The notes under the pieces: generated by a model
What the model saw: only the letters and a program-made list of their open reading frames with translations
The model's database searches: none
Told to the model about the DNA's origin: nothing
Assembly (NCBI GenBank): GCA_029933395.1
Contig: JAOZOG010000003.1
Coordinates: forward strand, 1-32,336
DNA from: Sulfurovaceae bacterium
GTDB taxonomy: Bacteria; Campylobacterota; Campylobacteria; Campylobacterales; Sulfurovaceae
Direction: 5' to 3'
Length of the DNA stretch: 32,336 nt
Made by a program: the position numbers and the translations under genes
Shown here: piece by piece, positions 24,165-31,546 of the stretch
How positions within the stretch are numbered: the stretch's first letter is position 1
Layout: the number at the start of each line of letters is the position of its first letter

Positions 24165-25133
24165 GTGAACGAGATACTCTTGAGCAATCAGGTCATCGTT
24201 TACCTGCTGAGTGAATCGGTTCTGTTTGGGTTGCTGCTCATTGCTTTTGTCATCATACTGGGCATACTGGCCAAATGGGACTTTGGCAGCTACTCAGAGC
24301 AGCAGTTTCGTCTGGAGCGTCGTGCTTATCTGGTGATGACGATTCTCCTCTTTGCTTTTGTGGTCAAATTTCTGCTTCTGATATATTTTGTTTTCACGAT
24401 TGACAACCTTTCCGTGCTGGTGCCCGGTGCCATGTGCGCTGCGGGAGTTATCTCCGCCAATGATTACGGTATGCCGCTGCTTTTTCTCAAGCTGCTCATT
24501 CTCTTTTTTCTACTGCTCTGGATGGCAGTCAACCGTTATGATCTAAGGGCCAAAAACTATCCGATTTTTCGCCTAAAATCGTGGCTGTTTATCGCCATTT
24601 TTCTCCTGATTGCCATTGAAACAGGGCTCGACTTTGCCTACTTCAGCCATATCGATATCCAAAAGCCCGTCAGTTGCTGCTCGACACTCTATGGGCAGAT
24701 GGAGGGTGCCAATCCGCTGCCTTTCGGGCTCAATACAACGACACTTTTGACCCTCTTCTATCTCCTCTATGCCGTAGTTGCAGGCGCACTGCTTTCCGGA
24801 CAGAGGGCGCTCTCTTTGGTAGCCAGCCTTTTGTTCGTCGTGATCGCCTACTACAGTGTCGTCTACTTCTTTGGCACCTATATTTATGAACTGCCTACCC
24901 ACAAGTGCCCTTTTTGTATGCTGCAAAAAGAGTATTACTATGTCGGCTATCTGGTCTGGGGAACGCTCTTTGGCGGAATCTATCTGGGAATGATCGCTTC
25001 TGCAATGGAGATCGGACTCAAGGTAGAGAGGGGCAGGGAACGGAAAGCGGCACTGATGCTGCTCAGTATTTTTGTGCTACTATGTACGGCGTATGTTGCG
25101 GTGTATTATCTGCGCAATGGTGTATTTCTATAA
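24165..25133 (+). CDS. Polytopic (about 8 TM) membrane protein of unrecognised family with Cys motifs in three same-side loops
   Basis: 322 aa. GTG start with RBS aaagggg. The loop motifs are PGAMC91AAG, PVSC171C172STLYGQMEG and THKC248PFC251M. Confidence 0.75.
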   Translation: MNEILLSNQVIVYLLSESVLFGLLLIAFVIILGILAKWDFGSYSEQQFRLERRAYLVMTILLFAFVVKFLLLIYFVFTIDNLSVLVPGAMCAAGVISANDYGMPLLFLKLLILFFLLLWMAVNRYDLRAKNYPIFRLKSWLFIAIFLLIAIETGLDFAYFSHIDIQKPVSCCSTLYGQMEGANPLPFGLNTTTLLTLFYLLYAVVAGALLSGQRALSLVASLLFVVIAYYSVVYFFGTYIYELPTHKCPFCMLQKEYYYVGYLVWGTLFGGIYLGMIASAMEIGLKVERGRERKAALMLLSIFVLLCTAYVAVYYLRNGVFL

Positions 25134-25148
25134 AATGTGGAGTAGAAA

Positions 25149-25652
25149 GTGAAAAAAATAGTACCGATCGCTCTTATCCTTTTGATGCTTGCTGTAATCG
25201 CTGTGATCTTTATCTCGATGGCCAAAGAGGACCAGCCCGTGACCATCGTGACAGGCAATACGGAGATGAAACCGCTGCCGATCAGATTCAACCATACCAA
25301 CGATCCGCAGTGTGCGATGCTGCTCAAGACGGACTACAATGCTGTCGAAGTGGCGATACCCGATGGCCGCACCTGGTTTTTCGATGATCCAGGCTGTATG
25401 ATTCTCTGGCTTGAGAAGAAACCCTTTCGGGATCAGGCAAAAATCTGGGTCCATACGATCGATACAGAAAAATGGATCGATGCCAGAAAAGCTCATTACG
25501 GCGTGACCGACAAGACAGAGATGCGCTATGGATTCGGGGCGAGAGAGCATGAAGAGAATGGTACAATCGACTTTGAAGAGATGCGTCTGAGGATGCTGCG
25601 CGGAGAGAACCTGACCAATCCGAAAATCCGAAAAAAACTTTTGGGAATTTAG
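25149..25652 (+). CDS. Membrane-anchored NosL-like protein, paralogue of the 17986 gene with a reduced ligand set
   Basis: It aligns with the 17986 product: FFDDPGCMILWLEKKPFRDQAKIWVHTIDTEKWIDARKAHY..MRYGF versus FDDIGCAVLWMDETNIPWRDQAIIWVTDAKTGKWIDARKAKY..MAYGF. CERCKM is replaced by QC55AM57. It has an N-terminal TM anchor instead of a lipobox. Confidence 0.75.
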   Translation: MKKIVPIALILLMLAVIAVIFISMAKEDQPVTIVTGNTEMKPLPIRFNHTNDPQCAMLLKTDYNAVEVAIPDGRTWFFDDPGCMILWLEKKPFRDQAKIWVHTIDTEKWIDARKAHYGVTDKTEMRYGFGAREHEENGTIDFEEMRLRMLRGENLTNPKIRKKLLGI

Positions 25653-26453
25653 ATGAATTCGATAGATATCGTTTCGATCATTACGGTTGCTTTTTTGGGC
25701 TCCGTTGGTCACTGCATCGGAATGTGCGGTGGGATTATTGTCGCCTACAGCAGTACGAAGATCGATGGAAAATGGTCGAAATATGCACAATCCATTGCCC
25801 ACCTGATCTATTCCCTGGGCCGTATCACGACCTACACACTTTTGGGTGCGATCTTTGGTGCGATCGGCGGTGTCGTCTCTTTCAACAATATTGCCAACGG
25901 TACACTGACAATTGTCGCCGGAATCTTTATGATTCTCGCCGGCTTGTCACTGACGGGAAAGCTTTCATTTTTGACCCAGTTGGAGCACTCCTTTTCGGGG
26001 AGCCGCTGGTATCAGGAAGTTTTCCGACAGGTTTTGCGCTCGAAGTCCCTCTATAGTTTCTACATTCTGGGCCTCCTCAACGGCCTGCTCCCCTGTGGCC
26101 TTGTCTACTTCTTCGCGGTTACGGCAGCCAGTACGGGCAGTCCTCTGTGGGGCGCTTTCGTGATGCTGATCTTTGGTCTCAGCACCATACCGGCACTTTT
26201 CTCTCTGGGAATGTTTACGGGTATCTTTGCCAAAAGCGCTATGCGGAAGAGCATGATGAGCCTGGCAGCTATCGTGGTGATTATCTACGGTTTCTATACG
26301 ATCTACCGGGGGTATGATTTTATTATTCATCCGGATAAATCTCTCCTGAACTGCTGTGAAACTGATGGCGTAAACAGTGATGACAATCAGAGTAAACTGC
26401 CGAAATTTGAAAGAAGCTTGACGGTGCCGGAGCCCTCTACCGGAAAGCAATAG
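25653..26453 (+). CDS. DsbD_2/CcdA-like (often annotated TauE/SafE-like) membrane protein with an HCxxMCGG motif
   Basis: TM1 has GSVGH20C21IGM24C25GG and a later TM has [12 protein letters not shown]. There are six or more TM helices. The start codon directly follows the preceding stop (TAGATG). Confidence 0.8.
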   Translation: MNSIDIVSIITVAFLGSVGHCIGMCGGIIVAYSSTKIDGKWSKYAQSIAHLIYSLGRITTYTLLGAIFGAIGGVVSFNNIANGTLTIVAGIFMILAGLSLTGKLSFLTQLEHSFSGSRWYQEVFRQVLRSKSLYSFYILGLLNGLLPCGLVYFFAVTAASTGSPLWGAFVMLIFGLSTIPALFSLGMFTGIFAKSAMRKSMMSLAAIVVIIYGFYTIYRGYDFIIHPDKSLLNCCETDGVNSDDNQSKLPKFERSLTVPEPSTGKQ

Positions 26454-26472
26454 TCTTTTTTTATCATTTTTT

Positions 26473-26481
26473 TGCTATAAT
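26473..26481 (+). promoter_or_regulatory. Extended -10 promoter element TGcTATAAT upstream of acpP
   Basis: tgctataat at 26473-26481, 35 nt upstream of the acpP ATG. The RBS aaggaga is at 26504-26510. Confidence 0.5.
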
Positions 26482-26515
26482 CGGCTGTAATTTTAACTCA
26501 ATTAAGGAGAAGTCA

Positions 26516-26749
26516 ATGGCATTATTTGATGATGTAAAAGAGGTAGTGGTAGAGCAGTTGAATGTGAGCCCGGATGAGGTAAAGGAAGAGTCCAAGTTTG
26601 TGGAAGATCTGGGTGCTGACAGCCTTGATGTTGTTGAATTGGTCATGGCGCTTGAAGAGAAATTTGATATCGAAATTCCTGACGATCAGGCTGAGAACAT
26701 CGCTACCGTAGCGGATGCCATCAAATTTATCGAAGAAAACAAAGACTAG
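26516..26749 (+). CDS. acpP: Acyl carrier protein
   Basis: 77 aa with the [17 protein letters not shown] phosphopantetheine-attachment motif. Confidence 0.97.
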   Translation: MALFDDVKEVVVEQLNVSPDEVKEESKFVEDLGADSLDVVELVMALEEKFDIEIPDDQAENIATVADAIKFIEENKD

Positions 26750-26757
26750 ACAGAAGC

Positions 26758-26793
26758 GTTTCGAAACCTCTTCATTGAGAAGTGGTTTCGAAC
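26758..26793 (+). other. Long hairpin in the acpP-fabF spacer
   Basis: gtttcgaaacc...ggtttcgaac forms a stem of about 9-10 bp, with an inner cttc/gaag stem and a 5-nt loop. No T-tract follows. Confidence 0.4.
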
Positions 26794-26891
26794 AATCATC
26801 ATCGAAGTAGGTAGTCGCTAAAAATCCTTTCTGAAAACAGAGGGTTTTTAGAGGTGACTTCTCGCAATTCAACCACATATTAGGAGCGCAC

Positions 26892-28109
26892 GTGAAAAGG
26901 GTAGTTGTAACAGGTATAGGGATGATCAATAGTCTTGGTTTGGATAAAGAGAGTTCGTTTCAGGCGATTATCGACGGCCAGTGTGGTATCAAAACCATAG
27001 AGTTGTTCGACCCGGAAAGATTTTCTGCCAGAATCGCAGGTGAGATCGCTGATTTTGACCCCTCCACAGTGATGGATGCCAAAGAGGTCAAAAAAGCGGA
27101 TCGTTTTATTCAGCTGGGCCTGAAGGCAGCGGCAGAAGCGATCGAAGATGCCAATCTTTCTGACGAGATCGATAAAGAGCGTTTTGGCGTCTCTTCTGCA
27201 TCGGGTATCGGCGGATTGCCGGCGATCGAGAAAAACTCTGTCATTTGTGACACGCGCGGCCCCCGAAGAATCTCTCCCTTTTTCATCCCCTCGGCCCTGG
27301 TCAATATGCTGGGCGGTTTTGTCTCCATCTACCATGGCCTCAAGGGACCGAATCTTTCGAGTGTGACAGCCTGTGCAGCGGGAACCCATGCGATCTCTGA
27401 AGCGACCAAGACGATTATGCTTGGCGGGGCAGACAGGATGCTGGTCGTCGGTGCCGAATCAGCGATCTGTGGTGCCGGTGTCGGCGGCTTTGCCGCAATG
27501 AAAGCACTGAGTACAAACAACGACGATCCAAAAGGTGCTTCCCGTCCCTTTGATGCCGACCGAAACGGCTTTGTTATGGGTGAAGGTGCCGGTGCACTGG
27601 TACTCGAAGAGTATGACGCTGCGGTTGCCAGAGGCGCAGAGATTTATGCGGAAGTGATCGGTTTTGGAGAGAGCGGTGATGCTAATCACATTACATCACC
27701 GGTGATGGAAGGCCCGCTTCGTGCGATCAAAGCGGCACTTGCAATGGCGGGCAACCCCAAAGTGGATTACATCAATGCCCATGGTACCAGCACGCCTGCC
27801 AATGACAAGAACGAAACGGCAGCAATCAAAGAGGCATTTGGTGGGAAAGAGAATTGTCCTCCGGTGAGTTCCATCAAGGGACAGATCGGGCACTGCCTCG
27901 GTGCAGCCGGTGCAATCGAAGCAATTGTAACACTGATGTCGATGAAGCGTGGAATTCTCCCCCCGACGATCAACTATACGACACCGGATCCAGCCTGTGA
28001 TCTCGACTATATTCCAAATGAAGCGAGAGAAATGGATGTCACAGTCGCGATGAGTAACTCATTTGGATTTGGCGGTACCAATGGTGTCGTTATTTTCAAA
28101 AAGCTTTAA
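26892..28109 (+). CDS. fabF: 3-oxoacyl-[acyl-carrier-protein] synthase II
   Basis: 405 aa with a GTG start. Active-site motifs are VTACAAGTHAI, NAHGTSTP and GHCLGAAG. Confidence 0.95.
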   Translation: MKRVVVTGIGMINSLGLDKESSFQAIIDGQCGIKTIELFDPERFSARIAGEIADFDPSTVMDAKEVKKADRFIQLGLKAAAEAIEDANLSDEIDKERFGVSSASGIGGLPAIEKNSVICDTRGPRRISPFFIPSALVNMLGGFVSIYHGLKGPNLSSVTACAAGTHAISEATKTIMLGGADRMLVVGAESAICGAGVGGFAAMKALSTNNDDPKGASRPFDADRNGFVMGEGAGALVLEEYDAAVARGAEIYAEVIGFGESGDANHITSPVMEGPLRAIKAALAMAGNPKVDYINAHGTSTPANDKNETAAIKEAFGGKENCPPVSSIKGQIGHCLGAAGAIEAIVTLMSMKRGILPPTINYTTPDPACDLDYIPNEAREMDVTVAMSNSFGFGGTNGVVIFKKL

Positions 28110-28118
28110 GGGGTACTG

Positions 28119-29054
28119 ATGGCAACTTATCTTGATTTTGAAAGCCGTATCGAATCGATCCAGCAGGATATGGAGTCGGCAAAAGCAAGAGGAGATGAGC
28201 CTGCCGTAGAGATTCTCGAGAAGGATTTGGAAAAAGAGGTCCAGAAGACATACGGTTCCCTCAACGACTACCAGAAGCTTCAGCTTGCCCGACACCCGGA
28301 CCGTCCTTATGCGCTGGACTATATCCGCTTGATGATGGAGGATAGCTATGAGATTCATGGCGATCGTGCTTTCAGGGATGATCTTGCAATTGTCTGTTAT
28401 GTCGGATGGATCGATGGCGTCAAATGCATGGTGATTGGCGAACAGAAGGGGCGCGGGACCAAAAATAAGATCAGACGGAATTTCGGCATGCCCAATCCGG
28501 AAGGGTACCGCAAAGCACTGCGTGCTGTGAAGCTCGCCGAGAAGTTCGATATTCCCGTTCTCATGCTGATCGACACTCCGGGTGCCTACCCGGGGCTTGG
28601 CGCTGAAGAGCGCGGTCAGGGAGAAGCGATCGCACGCAATCTTTTCGAGCTTGCCAATATGAAGATCCCGATGGTCTCCATCGTGATCGGAGAAGGGGGA
28701 AGTGGCGGCGCACTCGCGATCGGTGTGGCAGACAGACTGGCGATGATGCGCTACTCTATATTTGCTGTCATCTCTCCGGAGGGTTGTTCCGCGATTCTCT
28801 GGAACGATCCCGCCAAAGTAGAGCAGGCAACCAAGGCGCTGAAGATCACGCCTGAGGACCTCTATGAGCATAAGCTGATCGACGAGATCCTTGATGAGCC
28901 GCTGATTGGAGCCCATCGCCATAAACAGGCTGCTGCCGAAGTGGTCAAGCACTATTTCCTTGACAGTGTCAAGCAGTTGAGGGAACTTTCACTGGAAGAA
29001 CTCCTGGAGAAACGCTATCAGAAACTTGTCTCCGTGGGGGCGTATACCGAATAA
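28119..29054 (+). CDS. accA: Acetyl-CoA carboxylase carboxyltransferase alpha subunit
   Basis: 311 aa with [27 protein letters not shown] and [10 protein letters not shown]. Confidence 0.95.
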   Translation: MATYLDFESRIESIQQDMESAKARGDEPAVEILEKDLEKEVQKTYGSLNDYQKLQLARHPDRPYALDYIRLMMEDSYEIHGDRAFRDDLAIVCYVGWIDGVKCMVIGEQKGRGTKNKIRRNFGMPNPEGYRKALRAVKLAEKFDIPVLMLIDTPGAYPGLGAEERGQGEAIARNLFELANMKIPMVSIVIGEGGSGGALAIGVADRLAMMRYSIFAVISPEGCSAILWNDPAKVEQATKALKITPEDLYEHKLIDEILDEPLIGAHRHKQAAAEVVKHYFLDSVKQLRELSLEELLEKRYQKLVSVGAYTE

Positions 29055-29059
29055 TCCAG

Positions 29060-29081
29060 CAGGGATTCACTCTCATCCCTG
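29060..29081 (+). terminator. Hairpin terminator candidate after accA
   Basis: cagggat-tcactctc-atccctg (7-bp stem). T-rich sequence follows about 20 nt downstream. Confidence 0.35.
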
Positions 29082-29131
29082 GACATTGTAATTGTTTCCA
29101 TTTTATTTTGGAATCATAAGGCTCTTTCAAT

Positions 29132-29235
29132 GCCATTAAGTTAAGGTCTTTTGCCGGAATCGGAAGGCTTCGCCTCCGCTATTCGGGAGTACGCTCCCCG
29201 ATTCCCAGAGATCTATATGCCCTTAACTTAATGGT
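29132..29235. other. Structured 104-nt element closed by a 14-bp inverted repeat
   Basis: ccattaagttaagg (29133-29146) pairs with ccttaacttaatgg (29221-29234). Inside, ggaatcgg (29156-29163) pairs with ccgattcc (29198-29205), and two small GC hairpins carry ttc and tacg loops. Confidence 0.4.
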
Positions 29236-29276
29236 GTTGAAGTGCACCTCTAAAATCAAATCAAAAGAGTCTAACT

Positions 29277-29894
29277 ATGCATGAAATTGTCAATACGATC
29301 GTAGAACTTGTCGGAAGTATGGGGTATGGCGGTATCTTTATTCTGATGTTTTTGGAGAGCAGTTTTTTTCCTTTTCCCAGTGAAGTGGTCATGATCCCGG
29401 CAGGCTATCTGGCCTACAAAGGGGAGATGAACCTCTACATTGCCGTTCTTGCCGGTATATTGGGATCGGTTGCCGGCGCACTTTTTAACTACTATCTTGC
29501 AGTAAAATTTGGTCGAAAGTTTTTGATCAAGTATGGAAAATACTTCTTTTTCAAAGAGGAAAATCTGGACAAACTCGAAAAATTCTTTCAAAAACATGGT
29601 GAAATTTCAACATTTAACGGCCGCCTTATTCCCGGCGTACGGCAGTACATCTCGCTACCTGCCGGCCTCTCGAGGATGAACCTTTGGAAGTTCTCTTTTT
29701 ATTCTGCGCTGGGTGCCGGTATCTGGATCATTGTGCTGGTAGCACTGGGGTACTTTCTGGGCTCCAATGAAGCAATGATCAACCAATATTTGCATACAGC
29801 AACGATCATTGCACTGCTTTCAGTCCTCTTTATTACACTCTTTTATGTCATTCGGGCAAAGCGCAGAAGAGAGATTATAGAGGAGGAGATTTGA
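29277..29894 (+). CDS. DedA-family membrane protein
   Basis: 205 aa. [20 protein letters not shown] and ..[15 protein letters not shown].. are typical of DedA/VTT-domain proteins. Confidence 0.88.
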   Translation: MHEIVNTIVELVGSMGYGGIFILMFLESSFFPFPSEVVMIPAGYLAYKGEMNLYIAVLAGILGSVAGALFNYYLAVKFGRKFLIKYGKYFFFKEENLDKLEKFFQKHGEISTFNGRLIPGVRQYISLPAGLSRMNLWKFSFYSALGAGIWIIVLVALGYFLGSNEAMINQYLHTATIIALLSVLFITLFYVIRAKRRREIIEEEI

Positions 29895-30547
29895 TCAAAG
29901 AACTCTTTGCGGAGAACATAGAGCTCAAAATAGCACTGATTTCCGGTATCTTCTTTGTGCTTATTCTGCTCGATGTGATCAACGAGGGTGCACTTTTCCA
30001 TTTTGATACAGTCGTCCATCAATGGTCGTTGAACTGGCATACTCTGCTCGGAGACAAGATTGTTTTTGCTTTGACACATCTGGGGGACCTTGTAACGATG
30101 CTGATCTATTCTGTGCTGCTGACAGTTTTGATGTATAGAAAAAAAATGTGGAGAGAGATTCGTTTTTACTGGGTCGGCATGGTTGGGTCGGCAGCACTCT
30201 TCAGCGGGATCAAGGAGTTGGTCGGCCGTACCCGTCCGTCGAGTTTCATTGGTGAGTTTCATCAGCATGGCTACTCTTTTCCCTCGGGGCATTCGACGAT
30301 GTCGGTCACGTGGGCACTTTTGCTCTTTCTGATCTTCAGTCCGAGGGTACCCAGAGAGTATCTCTCATTGTTTACAATTTTTTGTCTATTCTTTCCGATG
30401 ATGATTATTTTCTCACGTATCTATCTGGGTGTTCACTACTTCAGTGATGTTGCAGGAGGGATGACATTGGGAATCTTCTGGGTGATGCTGGCTGCCTGGT
30501 ATTATGGCAGACATCCGTTTACCGCAAACACAGCTAACCCTTCATAA
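29891..30547 (+). CDS. PAP2-family lipid phosphatase (undecaprenyl-diphosphatase-like)
   Basis: The three PAP2 motifs are present: [14 protein letters not shown] and [15 protein letters not shown] start with RBS aggagg, overlapping the dedA stop. Confidence 0.85.
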   Translation: MIKELFAENIELKIALISGIFFVLILLDVINEGALFHFDTVVHQWSLNWHTLLGDKIVFALTHLGDLVTMLIYSVLLTVLMYRKKMWREIRFYWVGMVGSAALFSGIKELVGRTRPSSFIGEFHQHGYSFPSGHSTMSVTWALLLFLIFSPRVPREYLSLFTIFCLFFPMMIIFSRIYLGVHYFSDVAGGMTLGIFWVMLAAWYYGRHPFTANTANPS

Positions 30548-30556
30548 AGGAGAGAA

Positions 30557-31546
30557 GTGATACTGGCAGGAGATATCGGCGGCACTAAAACCAATCTGGC
30601 TCTTTATGCACAGATCGATGGCGGCCTTGTACTCAGGAGACAGCAGCAGTTCGCCAGCAGTGACTTTTCCACTCTGATCGAAGTGATCGATGCATTTTGG
30701 GAGGAGGGTGGAAGGGTTCAGCCTGCAGCCGCCTGCTTCGGTATTGCCGGTCCCGTCATCAATGGATATTGCCGCGCCACCAATCTTCCCTGGGAGATTG
30801 AAACATCGGAACTCCAGGGGTATCTCCATACGGCAAGTATTCGACTGATCAACGACCTCGAGGCAACCGCGTATGGGATGCTCTATTTGAAAAGAGAGGA
30901 GTTTGTTCAGCTGAATCCGGATGCAGCCATAGTTGACGGTAATTGTGCCGTAATTGCAGCGGGTACGGGGCTGGGTGAAGCGATGCTCTATTTCGATGGA
31001 TCGAGATACCACCCTATCGCTTCGGAAGGGGGGCACAGTGATTTTGCGCCTGTTACGGCACAGCAGGATGCGCTGCTGGCCTGGTTGAGAAAGCACTACC
31101 CCGACCATGTGAGCTACGAAAGAATACTCTCTGGCCCCGGGATCTATGCACTTTATGAATTCCTTCTTGAAAGCGGTTTTGCGCCGGAACCGCCCCGGAT
31201 GCAAAATATCTCTTCCGGAGAAGATCGCAGCGCAATGGTCAGCAGATGTGCTATCGAAGAGAAAGACCCCCTGTGCAGTGAAGTTTTGCGCCTCTTTGTG
31301 GAGATCTATGCTGCGGAGGCAGGCAACCTGGCACTCAAAACACTCTCTTTGGGCGGTCTCTATATCGGCGGCGGTATCGCACCCAAGATTCTGCCTTTCC
31401 TCGATGCAGACTCTTTTATGTCGAACTTTGTCCGAAAGGGTCGTTTCGAAAAGCTCCTCTCCTCAATGCAGGTCAAGATCTCACTTAATCCCGATACGGC
31501 ATTGCTCGGTGCGGCTCATTTTGCTGCTGATAAGAATAAAACTTAG
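30557..31546 (+). CDS. glk: Glucokinase
   Basis: 329 aa with a GTG start after aaaggagag. It has the ILAGDIGGTKTNLAL ATP-binding N-terminus and a Glk-family layout. Confidence 0.88.
   Translation: MILAGDIGGTKTNLALYAQIDGGLVLRRQQQFASSDFSTLIEVIDAFWEEGGRVQPAAACFGIAGPVINGYCRATNLPWEIETSELQGYLHTASIRLINDLEATAYGMLYLKREEFVQLNPDAAIVDGNCAVIAAGTGLGEAMLYFDGSRYHPIASEGGHSDFAPVTAQQDALLAWLRKHYPDHVSYERILSGPGIYALYEFLLESGFAPEPPRMQNISSGEDRSAMVSRCAIEEKDPLCSEVLRLFVEIYAAEAGNLALKTLSLGGLYIGGGIAPKILPFLDADSFMSNFVRKGRFEKLLSSMQVKISLNPDTALLGAAHFAADKNKT

Noticed and set aside
24905-25387. 160-aa ORF (+) bridging the 8-TM gene and the NosL-like gene, and the 25128-25802 ORF (-).
   Set aside because: Both are out of frame with two well-supported, RBS-preceded genes. 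Their products are Arg/Cys-rich and look like noise.
29132-29235. Structured spacer element as a tRNA or known riboswitch.
   Set aside because: It has no cloverleaf proportions and no GTTCRANYC T-loop. The loops (ttc and tacg) do not fit the ACGR loops of mini-ykkC, and I recognise no other class consensus. It is kept only as an unexplained structure.
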